Of a stretch of 64,000 bases of DNA, positions 1-11,440 are shown in pieces. The stretch is from Tubulanus polymorphus (lineage: Eukaryota > Animalia > Nemertea). The translations under genes and the position numbers were made by a program. The first letter of the stretch is position 1. Each line of letters begins with the position of its first letter. The notes beneath the pieces are model-generated. The model did no database searches and was not told where the DNA came from. It worked only from the letters and a program-made list of their open reading frames with translations. Location of the stretch: the NCBI RefSeq assembly GCF_964204645.1, contig NC_134028.1:11889263-11953262 (forward strand), given 5' to 3'.

Positions 1-451
1 ACCTGAGCCAGGTATTTGTGATCGGCCAATTATGACGAAATTGGCGGCCATCTTGGTATCATCAGTACTCATTCGTAGGTGGGAAAAAGTGTCTCCACAT
101 TATATTGATACCTAAGCATATTTTGTTACCACAATCAATTGCAAAGTTGTAGCTCATGACATTGTCTATGATTGTGGTGAGTTTTAAGGACATTTGTTAT
201 TCTATATGGTCACCAGGGGGCGTTGAATAGTAGAATAACTTAGTATTTCCTTATTAGATTGGTACCTAGGCGTATTTTGTTACCATGATCAATTACAAAA
301 TCGTAGCTGCTGACATGTTCTATGATTGTAGTGAGTTTCAAGGTCATCGGTTTTTGTATATGGTCACCAGGGGCGTTGAATATTGAAATCGTTAGATTGT
401 TGAGCATTGGAAACCACTTCCAAGTGGGCATGGTGTCCCTGGACCCTTAGT
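1..451. mobile_element. End of an interspersed repeat related to the Helentron-like insert at 25218-27457
   Basis: Shares motifs (ggcggccatcttgg, cacca(g)ggggcgttgaa, gtagctcatgacat) with 25390-25620 in the opposite orientation. Its end (gggcatggtgtccctggacccttagtt) resembles the reverse complement of 25218-25245. Confidence 0.5.
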
Positions 452-833
452 TCATTTTTATATCGGTTAGTATGCGTAAGAGAAAAATGACGAAGATGGT
501 CAAGGCATTAAATGAAGACGAAAGAGGCGTCCAATCGTTTATCAAAATACGTCTAGGTCATATGTAGGGCAACAACAAATGCGTACCGCACGAGTGGACG
601 CTACAATCGAGTTATTAAGGTCATTCAAAAATGAAACGAGAGTGTGCGTCAACGCGCACCTCGAAAAAAAATCAAATGACGAAAATCGGGTAAAAATGAG
701 CACTCCGGCGTTTATTGTATGTATTTATGCTGTCAGTTAGAAAAAAAATCTATCGATCTATCGAGCTGTATTCGTACACCAAAAATTGGGAAATTTCATC
801 GAGTTTCAGAGCGACACGAACCGAATTTTGATT

Positions 834-837
834 TATA

Positions 838-884
<47 letters not shown>

Positions 885-1990
885 CATACATACATACATA
901 CATACATACATACATACATACATACATACATACATACATACATACATACATACATACATACATACATACATACATACATACATACATACATACATACATA
1001 CATACATACATACATACATACATACATACATACATACATACATACATACATACATACATACATACATACATACATACATACATACATACATACATACATA
1101 CATACATACATACATACATACATACATACATACATACATACATACATACATACATACATACATACATACATACATACATACATACATACATACATACATA
1201 CATACATACATACATACATACATACATACATACATACATACATACATACATACATACATACATACATACATACATACATACATACATACATACATACATA
1301 CATACATACATACATACATACATACATACATACATACATACATACATACATACATACATACATACATACATACATACATACATACATACATACATACATA
1401 CATACATACATACATACATACATACATACATACATACATACATACATACATACATACATACATACATACATACATACATACATACATACATACATACATA
1501 CATACATACATACATACATACATACATACATACATACATACATACATACATACATACATACATACATACATACATACATACATACATACATACATACATA
1601 CATACATACATACATACATACATACATACATACATACATACATACATACATACATACATACATACATACATACATACATACATACATACATACATACATA
1701 CATACATACATACATACATACATACATACATACATACATACATACATACATACATACATACATACATACATACATACATACATACATACATACATACATA
1801 CATACATACATACATACATACATACATACATACATACATACATACATACATACATACATACATACATACATACATACATACATACATACATACATACATA
1901 CATACATACATACATACATACATACATACATACATACATACATACATACATACATACATACATACATACATACATACATACATACATACA

Positions 1991-2036
<46 letters not shown>
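834..2036. repeat. (TA)n-(TACA)n-(TA)n microsatellite, about 1.2 kb
   Basis: Uninterrupted TACA tetramer array about 881-2020, flanked by TA dinucleotide runs. Confidence 0.99.
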
Positions 2037-2572
2037 GCAGCCGTCTAGTGCTGCCACCTGCCTTAACGAATCATTGTCCGATTAAAACCGTCTAGTGTTG
2101 CCCCCTGTCTAATTTTTCATTCACACAAACCAACGATTTATTACTAGGGTGTTTATACTTTGTGAAGGGTACAATGATATTTCATAGGCCCATTAAGATT
2201 ATATAAACTAAGATTGGAAAATTAGAAAAATAAAATCAACATTGAACAAACGTGAGATAATTGTAATTGTATTTAAAAAACAAATTCAAATATAGCTGCA
2301 TAGCAGCGATAACGGGTGTCTGCCTAACTGGTTCATATGTCGCAATGGGAAGCGTAAAAAAAGATTTCATCGAAATTATTCAAATCCGTCCATAACATAG
2401 GACTATTTCCAAGAAGCGCAACCTGGGTCAACAATATGCTGGATTAAGTGGATCCAAAAGGGCTACCATGTAAAAAGTACTGATGTACCAAGTCTAATCA
2501 AAATGGCTTTGGGGATACCGAAGATATGGTCCCCCGGTGGCAGTTGTATCAACTTAAACGTCGCGTGTCGAG

Positions 2573-4947
2573 CGGTTCCTGAACTTCGCTGAAAAAGCTG
2601 AATCACTGAAACGCTGAAATAAAAACGCTGAAATTTCAGGGAATTTCCGAAAAACGCCGAAATTTCAGGGAATTCCCGAAAAACGCTGAAATCGTGCTAG
2701 GTACCAACAATACACGTTTTGAAATATTTTCCGGGCCGGTGTCCGCTGCCGAGTCCTGAACCGTGTTTTAGTCTCTACCTTCGGTTACAGAGACACGCAT
2801 GGACAGTATGTGTGGAGTATACTTTTAGAGGGCCACTTGTTGGACAAATTAATTCGCTTGAAATCCGGATTTTTAATGCATACAGGCAGCATAATGAGGA
2901 AAACCCATTCACAAACCGTGCAAGCCAACTTAAACACTATGCTCAATATTCCCTGCAAGACGCAAAATATCTTATTTGAACGTTCATGTATAAAACATGG
3001 AGCAACTTTTCTTTTGTCAACACGTTGATGGGCGACGGACTATGTCACTATGGTATTCTCTGAAGGAGGTAAATTAAATTTGACAGCTAGTTATATAAAT
3101 GATGCAGCTTTTGGACAAAAGGGATCTAACTAAATTTCTTTTTAATTCACTGTGGAATGGAATGGAATGGATTGACGCCAATGGCATGCAGTAGGCCCCT
3201 ACGTATGGGTCATACTGATTAGCGTCAACCAATTAATCTAAATCGGGCTAACCATTCAACAACTGTGAATAATTTATTTGCTGTGGCGTGATAATAATTA
3301 GTTTTTTTGAAGAAATGACATACCAACTGTTAGAAAAATGTACCGATTCTTATTTTTAGACTACTACTGAATCTATAAAAGGAGGAGTCATAGACAAAGT
3401 TGATTTGCTTAGCTGGTGACACTTCTTGTCAAGTACATCATCTCAAGTACTGGGTGTTTTGTAAGTTTAATTTCAGTATTTATTTACTAAGTGCTGTTCT
3501 CTCGGACCTCAGTGCTTTCAAACTAGGCCCACCCCATAGGCTATATAGTCCAGGGTGTATTAGCCACTATTCTTTTATATCCGACTAAAATGCACCTTTT
3601 TCTATTTTTAGATTCAGGCTTAGAATGTGCAAATTTTTTGAGATACTGAGAAATCAGATGGCACCAGTAAACTTCAACTGCGAAATTTGCAGCAGGATAG
3701 CTGAACGACACAATTTTTAAAAATAAAATGGCTATTCGAATGCTATTTCAATTATAACTTGATTCAACCAGAGAGAAATAAGTCAATTGCGGATGTACAG
3801 TACACCCACTTTTCTTCCCTGTTTCCTGGTACCAAATTTTTAGTCTTAAGCTAAGCGATATTCTAAGGTATACTAGTGGATTTCATTAGAATATGAAGCA
3901 ATGGAACCAGAATTCTAGTTAAGCGAACTATTGATTCTGATATAATGTAAGAACTGATTTCCTTTGTATACTCTTGCAGAATGTGTTATGTATTATTTCA
4001 AGCTGTTAAATAATATAGTTAGACAAATGTCCAATTATTGGATCTTTCTTGTTGACTTGTTTAATTTTGTGAGTTAAGAGTTCCAGTCAATCCACAATGT
4101 GCAGTGCTTAGCCTTCATCTACACTAAAGCCATGCCTGTGTATGGGAAAAAAATATCGTTCGACTCCTATAAGCCAGACACATCAAAGCATGCAATACAT
4201 TGCAGATAGTAGTCTCCGGCAAGTCGAAAGAGAAAGTAAACCAGGTATTACCCCGTACCCTACCCGGGAACAAAGACACTTAAAGATTCCTTCCTCCTTG
4301 TAGAAATTGTAGAAATATGGCACCCAATTGTAGCAATGCTAAGTACAGTATACTATGACGGTTGAACCTTTATTAACGAATTTCAATGACACCGAAAATA
4401 GAATCAAAATAATCATTAGTTCCATGCTAGCACTTAATTTGGGTTATCAGTTTCAGCCTGATAACCCAACTGTACTTTCAACTGTACTTTCATTCAGCTA
4501 CTACTTGTATGAGACTTGGCAATGATAAGTTGCAAGAAATCACCAAACATAAGAAAAAATATTGTGAATTAATATTACTGTGATTAAGAATTTATTCAAA
4601 TGAAGTGATAACTTCATTGTTAGATCGTACCGGTATATGCACATAAAACTATGGCAAAAAACGCATCTAACAATCCACGCAATCCGCAATCGATCAAGTC
4701 GATCATGACGACGACCTTCGGGCATGTCTCTGTAACCGAAGGTAGAGCATAAAACACGGTTCAGGACTCGTCAGCGGACACCGGCCCGGAAAATATTTCA
4801 AAACGTGTATTGTCGGTACCTAGCACGATTTCAGCGTTTTTCGGGAATTCCCTGAAATTTCGGCGTTTTTCGGAAATTCCCTGAAATTTCAGCGTTTTTA
4901 TTTCAGCTTTTCAGTGTTTCAGCTTTTTCAGCGAAGTTCAGGAACCG
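2573..4947. mobile_element. Non-autonomous DNA transposon with long TIRs (Mutator/MULE-like)
   Basis: TIRs of about 220 bp (2573-2795 and 4726-4947, starting CGGTTCCTGAAC, with internal GCTGAAA repeats). 9-bp TSD CGTGTCGAG at 2564-2572 and 4948-4956. No transposase ORF. Confidence 0.85.
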
Positions 4948-7223
4948 CGTGTCGAGGCAGGTGGTGGCCAGAAAAAGAAATATTTCCGGGAAAATTTTTT
5001 TGAAGACGCAAGGCATTGACAGGTCAATTGTGTTGTTTTCTTTCTTAATTTACATTTGATTTGGCAGGTCATCTTGCTTAGGAGTCCGTTTGTCAAAGCA
5101 TCGAAGCAACACAGTATACCTTGTTCATGTCTCAGGTGCTGCGGGCAAGGGCGGTCATTATATTGCTAACTTATCCAAATTACACTTACACAGCCCAACG
5201 TTTTTCAGTGTATAAACTTTATCATACTCTGCATTATAGGACATTGAGGAATTGAATTTTAGCCATCTGAGCCCTCGGTTTGATTCGAGCAAAAGACCTT
5301 AACTGACTTCACAGAATTTGATTATTAGTCTAGGATTTTCTAAATTTCTGAAGAATGCTTTCTCTGGTTTTAAGATCCATTCAATTTCAATCTTGAATAC
5401 ATAAAAATAAGTCAATTAAATTTTCATTTTATTGAAAGAAATAGTACTGAACACAGATTTTGAACTGAATGACGTGTTGATTTATCCAGGCGAAAAAATT
5501 ACTGCAAAATCAACTGTCTACTCCCTGATGATACAAGCTTTTTGGCTACACCTTTTGAAACATCAACGCCTGATCTAACCGCACCAATTAGTCAGCCACA
5601 GTCGATTTTCATGCCATCTGACCTCTTTCCACCTGCAATTAAGCAATGAAATGTAATAATTACTCGGTTATATAATATCATAGAGGAGTGAAAGTATAAT
5701 AACTGATTACTTATCCAAATATTGTAAACATGGCAACTGAAAAAATAATTACATAAAACGTCAAGCACTTACAGCATATGAGACAGTTGCGCTTAAGTTA
5801 CGACAATGACGAAAAAGCTTCATTTGGAACGTACACTTGCACACTGTGGTTTGAATTTATTTCCACCAGCTGCAAGAATCGGCAAAGGAATTGAAGACCG
5901 TAGTGACCAGTTCATTCCACGAATAATAGCTGGAAAGAAAGTAATCAAAATAAATAGTCATACACATAAGTGTAAACCAGACCCTTACTAACAACTTAGG
6001 CTTTCCACTGTCTCTATTCACTACATTTAGGGCTTATTCTAGGTGTATCCCCCAAAAAAGCTAGGTAAAGTAGCTAGCCAACAATGATGATTGCTTCACC
6101 GAGTACTCATTTGCTACCATATGTACTAATATTATAAAGAAATCACGTGTAATCATTCCCTGGTTAACGGATTCTCACCTTATATTACGTAAAAACTGCT
6201 GTCGTTGTCATCGATCCGGGTCGTCGAGTGAACGCGGAAGTAAATTTCCGTATGAAAATTCCTACCATTTCTGTCCATATTACGTTGAATCGAGCCAGAA
6301 ATCTTCAGGAAATGTAGCCAACGTAAATTGATTTACGAATAGAATTAACCAATTGACTCATTTTAAGGATCATGGTTTCGTGAAATTTATTAAGGTCCTT
6401 AAACTCGCGATAAATTTAAGCCGAAAATGATTTCAACCATCCGCCATGTTTCATTCATAAGACACTTATTACGCACCGGCTGTAGTTATCCGTTCGTGGG
6501 AAATGACGGATCCGGACTAATTGTAAGTCCGATTCCGTGATTTACGGTTGACTCAAGGTCGTGCGGTAAATTTTAGGCTTTTCGGGGTGCACTTTTATCA
6601 ATGGATGACGATTCTTTGCGTTATTCTTGTCGCTGTTTAAACCCGGTAATTATGCGGGATTAATTCATAATAGATTACTATACGCAAATTCGAAACGGTC
6701 AGGCGCTGAGTTATATTTCTGACAGAATTTAAAATTACGTTTATAAGCCGTTGGTAGTCGAATCTGAGAGGAGTTACATTTTATGAAAGATTTTTGGCTG
6801 GAAAGTGGACCATAACTAATAATAATAATCAACAGGAATACAAGAGGGTTTCTGCGAAAGCAGCAGAAACCCTAATAACCATTCGTAAAATCGACGTCGA
6901 TGGGCAGCGACCTCGACGGATGCTGACGAGTTCAAGTGCGGATACGGGGCTCTAAAATCACGGAAATAACTGATGAAGGAAAAATATCCCGATGCCGCTA
7001 ACTTAAACGCGTGCCTATGAAGCAGGTTAACCCTGATTGCAATTTTTCCTAGCCTTGGCCGAAAAACCTGCCGGTCTTTTCGCAATAAAATGCCTCTAAT
7101 TTTTATCTTTCTGTTGATACATGAAACTTGACGTGCCTATGAACCATGTAACCCTAAATTAAATTGGGCGGCCACCTCTCGGGCGAAACCTATCGTCCAC
7201 GAGCATTTAAAGAATTATTTAAT

Positions 7224-7526
7224 TGTTTTTTGCGGAGTTTGTCGATTATACGCGGTCTCCATATCACTTCACCTTCATTTTTGCCGTCAGAAAAAAACGT
7301 TTAATTTTTCGCGAAATAGAAGGGGTAACAAATTGGTTGATATTTCCGGCATCTACACCTAATAGGCTACACATTTCCGTAAACAACGCTAAAACCGGCC
7401 AAGAAATACAGATTCTAGCAACGTGCTTATGACGCAAGCCCAAATGATATTTTAGCCAATAACGCCCTGATGCGCGAATCGCTAGCGCCATCATAACATT
7501 TCAAGAGAACGTGCCTATGAAACGTT
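7224..7526 (+). repeat. Local duplicate of the Polinton target sequence (empty site)
   Basis: Matches 7691-7863 joined to 24327-24427, and 24685-24715. It contains a single AACGCT (aaacaacgctaaaaccgg) with no insertion. Confidence 0.9.
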
Positions 7527-7668
7527 AGTAATAGGGAATATGGGGGTTCAGATCAAAGGTCGAGTTCATAAAAATGAAAAATAAATTCTCGCACACTCGA
7601 ATTTATTTTTCATTTTTATGAATTCGCCCTCCCAACCTTTAATCTGAACCCCCATATTCCCTATTACT
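7527..7668. repeat. Solo fold-back hairpin with Polinton-like AGTAAT...ATTACT ends
   Basis: Arms agtaatagggaatatgggggttcagat / atctgaacccccatattccctattact, plus an inner palindrome ttcataaaaatgaaaaataaatt / aatttatttttcatttttatgaa. The symmetry extends into the flanks (7512-7683). Confidence 0.9.
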
Positions 7669-7863
7669 AACGTTTCATAGGCATTATTAAATGTTTTTTG
7701 CGGAGTTTGTCGATTATACGCGCTCTCCATATCATATCACTTCACCTTCATTTTTGCCGTCAGAAAAAAACGTTCAATTTTTCGCGAAATAGAAGGGGTA
7801 ACAAATTGGTTGATATTTCCGGCATCTACACCTAATAGGCTACACATTTCCGTAAACAACGCT

Positions 7864-7984
7864 AGTAATTAGAATATGTGGCTTTCAGATCAGAGGACGA
7901 GAGGACGAGACACCACTCATCACCACAAGTAATTTTTTTTTTCCTACTCATCACCACAAGTAATTTTTTTTCCTAATAAATGGG
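7864..7984 (+). repeat. Left TIR of copy 1, with an internal tandem duplication of actcatcaccacaagtaat(T)n-cct
   Basis: Reverse complement of 24231-24320 apart from the duplication. Runs into the ATG of the 108-aa gene. Confidence 0.95.
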
Positions 7985-8306
7985 AGATAGAAAAGCATTC
8001 TTAGCAACAATAAATAACAGAATAAAACCAGCAAAAAAACAATTTGAAATAAAAAAGTTAGTTGATGTTACAAAAGAAATTGAACATAAAATATTGAAAT
8101 TAGAAAAGATAAAAACTAAATATGGAGAGAAAGTATCAGCTAATTTAAGCTACTGTAATGTTAGTACATCGCGAGAATTTAAAGTGTTTTTACCCGATAA
8201 ATGGGTTTCATTGAGTACGGAGGAATTGAAAGATTTAGTAGGATTTAAAATAATATATCATGGGAAAAATGAAGACGGTCATCATGATTTAGAAATTGTT
8301 GATTAA
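7980..8306 (+). CDS. 108-aa Polinton protein (TKYG motif); function unknown, possibly small nucleic-acid-binding
   Basis: TAAATG start inside the TIR. Homologous pseudogenes at 49390-49712, 32064-32337 and 54070-55940. Confidence 0.75.
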   Translation: MGDRKAFLATINNRIKPAKKQFEIKKLVDVTKEIEHKILKLEKIKTKYGEKVSANLSYCNVSTSREFKVFLPDKWVSLSTEELKDLVGFKIIYHGKNEDGHHDLEIVD

Positions 8307-8471
8307 ATTTTAAAAAAAATAAATTAATAAAAATAATGAATATCTAGAATCCGAAATGACTTATCTGGACAATTTAATTGCTCCACAGTGATAGACAAAA
8401 GTAGTGAGATGGTGCCGTATGGCACCCACATGGTGATATTCAATTATTTTTTTTGCTTTTTTTCTAAAATA

Positions 8472-8840
8472 TTAATCCATTTTTTTTATTATCAATTTTG
8501 GAATTTCAGAAGTACTTTCATTTTTGATAGCAGTTGGTTCAGAATTACTAATATCATGAATTTTATTTGATTTCTTATACCAATTACACCCAATCAAAAT
8601 GAATACAATTACAAATCCAACTGTAAAATATAAATATTTATCAAATATTCTATTATCAGAAGGAGTAGAAATAACAATATTTTCACCATTTTTATTAACA
8701 TTTTTATTACTTATTTTTTCTTTTACAGCTTTTTTATATTCTTGTGATTTAATTCCTAATTGTCGAGACCATTCAATTTGTTTCTGAGTTCTCGGTTTTT
8801 TCTTCACAGTTAATTCCTTCACTTCTTCCACCTCGCTCAT
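8472..8840 (-). CDS. 122-aa basic protein with one transmembrane helix
   Basis: TAAATG start; KKKPRTQKQ basic patch; hydrophobic YLYFTVGFVIVFILIGC; intact paralogue at 50807-51175. Confidence 0.8.
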   Translation of the reverse strand: MSEVEEVKELTVKKKPRTQKQIEWSRQLGIKSQEYKKAVKEKISNKNVNKNGENIVISTPSDNRIFDKYLYFTVGFVIVFILIGCNWYKKSNKIHDISNSEPTAIKNESTSEIPKLIIKKMD

Positions 8841-9378
8841 TTATTATAGAAATATTTTTACTTTCAATATTTGAAAATGTTATAACCCCAGTTGATAATA
8901 ATGTCATAAATCCACCTAATTGAAATGATAAATATCCAATCCATTTATTTAATTCAGTCATAACTAAATAGTCATTTTTTAAATCGGAATATAATCTATT
9001 TTCATTTTCAATTGGTAGTATATAATTACATAATTTACTATAACCTTTTACTACATTTTCTGATATCGCGTCATTAATTCTAGCTGTTCTCGCGGCTTCA
9101 TAAATCTTAAATAATCTAATAATTTCATCTGATTTCATTGTATCTAATTCATTATAAGTTAAATTTTTACCGACAAAATTTTTACATTTTCCAGATGCTA
9201 TTAATATTTCTAATTGATGTTTACAATAAAGATAATATTCATAATTATTATTTGTTGTAACATTATTTAAAGCACCATCATCTGGAGTTAATTTTGTTTC
9301 TGTTATTCCTAAATCATCTAAAGTTTTTTCAATTGGAACATCACCATTTTTAGATTTTATTTTCTTTTCACCTCCCAT
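8773..9378 (-). CDS. 201-aa conserved Polinton protein with a hydrophobic C-terminal segment
   Basis: TAAATG start; nearly identical paralogue at 51108-51713; frameshifted copy at 43382-44000. Confidence 0.8.
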   Translation of the reverse strand: MGGEKKIKSKNGDVPIEKTLDDLGITETKLTPDDGALNNVTTNNNYEYYLYCKHQLEILIASGKCKNFVGKNLTYNELDTMKSDEIIRLFKIYEAARTARINDAISENVVKGYSKLCNYILPIENENRLYSDLKNDYLVMTELNKWIGYLSFQLGGFMTLLSTGVITFSNIESKNISIINERGGRSEGINCEEKTENSETN

Positions 9379-9410
9379 TTATATAACAAAAAAATTAATT
9401 ATGTGATGTT

Positions 9411-9672
9411 GCAACTAGAATTCAACTAGAATGTAACTAGAATTCAACTAGATTAACAAGCTAGTTGAAATATTGTTGTTTTTGTTTATTTCTTATTAAA
9501 TGTAGTTGATTTTTGTTCCAACTACTAACAACTAGAATTCAACTAGAATGTAACTAGAATTAAACTAGATTAACAAGCTAGTTAAAATATTGTTAAATCT
9601 ATTTGATTTTTGTTACAACTACTAATAACTAGAATTCAACTAGAATTCAACTAGATTAACAAACTAATTGAA
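9411..9672. repeat. Internal array of 11-bp (C/T)AACTAGAAT(T/G) units in three blocks
   Basis: Directly visible. The same intergenic position carries two-block versions at 43193-43352 and 51744-51921. Confidence 0.92.
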
Positions 9673-9673
9673 T

Positions 9674-10282
9674 TTAAATAAATTCATATTTAAATGGGTG
9701 TTGTAATCTAAATAGTAATTTTGATCTTTTAATATTTTTCAACTCATCCATATATTCATTATGTAAATCATGTGGAATAATATCATTTTCCTCAAGTGCA
9801 TTTTTCATTGATTTTCTATCTTTATTGTAGAATAAAACTAGAAATCTAATGTTTTCTCTAAAGTCTTTAACAATTGAATTATATTTTTGATTTAAAACCC
9901 AAGTTGTCATCCCAAAATGTCTCCCAGAGAAAGCTAAATAGCATAACTCACTTTCTCTAACTTTTGAATCATGTAGATTAGCACAATCATCTATAATGAA
10001 TAATGTATTTGATCCTTTATAAATATCAATTGCTATTTTTATACAATTATCTAAATTTTCTTTTACTGTTTTAGGATCTAATATAATAAATTTATTATTC
10101 CTAGTAATATTTCTATCATAAGTTTGATTAAATTCATATGTTGGACAAAATAATACTATAATATCAAAATAGTTTTTGTAAACAGTTTCTAATAAATTTA
10201 ATATAAAATAAGTTTTTCCACAATTTGTTACACCAGAAATTAACATATTATGAGGCTCAAATATGAATAATTCCTTATTCAT
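9674..10282 (-). CDS. A32/FtsK-like DNA-packaging ATPase
   Basis: Walker A GVTNCGKT, Walker B LFIIDD, and a GRH...Q motif typical of A32-like ATPases. Confidence 0.92.
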   Translation of the reverse strand: MNKELFIFEPHNMLISGVTNCGKTYFILNLLETVYKNYFDIIVLFCPTYEFNQTYDRNITRNNKFIILDPKTVKENLDNCIKIAIDIYKGSNTLFIIDDCANLHDSKVRESELCYLAFSGRHFGMTTWVLNQKYNSIVKDFRENIRFLVLFYNKDRKSMKNALEENDIIPHDLHNEYMDELKNIKRSKLLFRLQHPFKYEFI

Positions 10283-11410
10283 TTATATATTTTTAATTTT
10301 ACTTGATAATATCCATTCATTAAATTTATCTGGCCATCCAACCCATTTTACTAAAGAATATTTTTTTCTTTTAATAGTTTTTGTTTTTAATACTTTTTCA
10401 ATTTTATATTCTTGTTCTAGATTTTCAGTAGTTAAACTTAATTCTTCTTCGTAAAAGTAGCCATCAACTTCTTCACCATCTAAATCTTCTAATTTATAGA
10501 CATATGGTTTTGTTGTTATTACCTTTTTTATTTTATATATTTCCCTAGTAAAATTTCGATCGTATCCTTTGTCAAATATCTTTTTATACTTAGATATTCT
10601 AACATTTTGACCAACTTTAAATTTAGGTTCACCAAAATCATCTATAAGAAATGCTCCATATAAATTATTCCAAACAATTTCAGCATTTTCAGGTTTTCTA
10701 GCATCAATAGGTTTCATTCCAATAGAAGAATGATAAGAATTATTATATCCTTCTATCAATTTTGGTAAAACATCAATCCATTTAAAAGTATTATTTGCTG
10801 TAAAATATTTCCACATTCTTGTTCTTAATGTTCTATTAAATCGTTCAACAACTGCTGCTTTTTTATCTGATTTTGTTGAAAAATATTTAATATTATGATT
10901 ATCTAAGAGTTCATGAACAAGTGAATTATCAAATTCTTTTCCATCATCAAATTGTATTTTTTCTGGTTTTAGTTTATCATCCGAAAGAAATTTTCTTAAA
11001 ACATTTGATGTTTGTACAGCATCTTTTCTATAAAGTGGGAAACTCCATACATAACGACTAAAAATATCAATTATATTCAATAACCACCAATAATCATCAT
11101 TATCTTTCTTAACATTTTTCATATCAATTAAATCTCCTTGCCACTGTTGATCTACATAACTTACCATAGTTTTACGAGTTTTATATTTTCTAACAATTTT
11201 TTTATGTGTTGTATATGTTGGTTGTTCTAACATAAATTCATTTATATCTTTATATTTAACTAAATTTTGTGGGATTATCTTATCTAATTTATCTTGTTTT
11301 ACTTTACGCCATATATTTTTAGTAGAAGAATAAGCAACCGAACTCTCAGGGTTGTAATATAAATTTCTTAAATATTGTTCTTTAGTATTAGGAGTTTTTT
11401 TACCACCCAT
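10283..11410 (-). CDS. Retroviral-type (RVE) integrase with C-terminal chromodomain
   Basis: DDE triad in WQGDLID / IQFDDGKEF / VVERFNRT; chromodomain SLVKWVGWPDKFNEWI. Confidence 0.95.
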   Translation of the reverse strand: MGGKKTPNTKEQYLRNLYYNPESSVAYSSTKNIWRKVKQDKLDKIIPQNLVKYKDINEFMLEQPTYTTHKKIVRKYKTRKTMVSYVDQQWQGDLIDMKNVKKDNDDYWWLLNIIDIFSRYVWSFPLYRKDAVQTSNVLRKFLSDDKLKPEKIQFDDGKEFDNSLVHELLDNHNIKYFSTKSDKKAAVVERFNRTLRTRMWKYFTANNTFKWIDVLPKLIEGYNNSYHSSIGMKPIDARKPENAEIVWNNLYGAFLIDDFGEPKFKVGQNVRISKYKKIFDKGYDRNFTREIYKIKKVITTKPYVYKLEDLDGEEVDGYFYEEELSLTTENLEQEYKIEKVLKTKTIKRKKYSLVKWVGWPDKFNEWILSSKIKNI

Positions 11411-11440
11411 TTATATATCCTTAATTTTAACTTTATATTT

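Noticed and set aside
719-2095. Five long ORFs (YIHT / MYVC repeats)
   Set aside because: Artefacts of the stop-free (TACA)n microsatellite.
5560-5610. Second hammerhead (CTGATGA...GAAAC near 5565-5601)
   Set aside because: No convincing stem II or stem I pairing.
7521-7674. AACGTT on both sides of the solo hairpin read as a 6-bp TSD of a mini-Polinton
   Set aside because: AACGTT is palindromic and the inverted symmetry continues 9 bp further (tgcctatga/tcataggca), so fold-back copying explains it better than a true TSD.
9411-9672. Possible CRISPR array
   Set aside because: Units are 11-bp tandem repeats without unique spacers; eukaryotic context and no cas genes.
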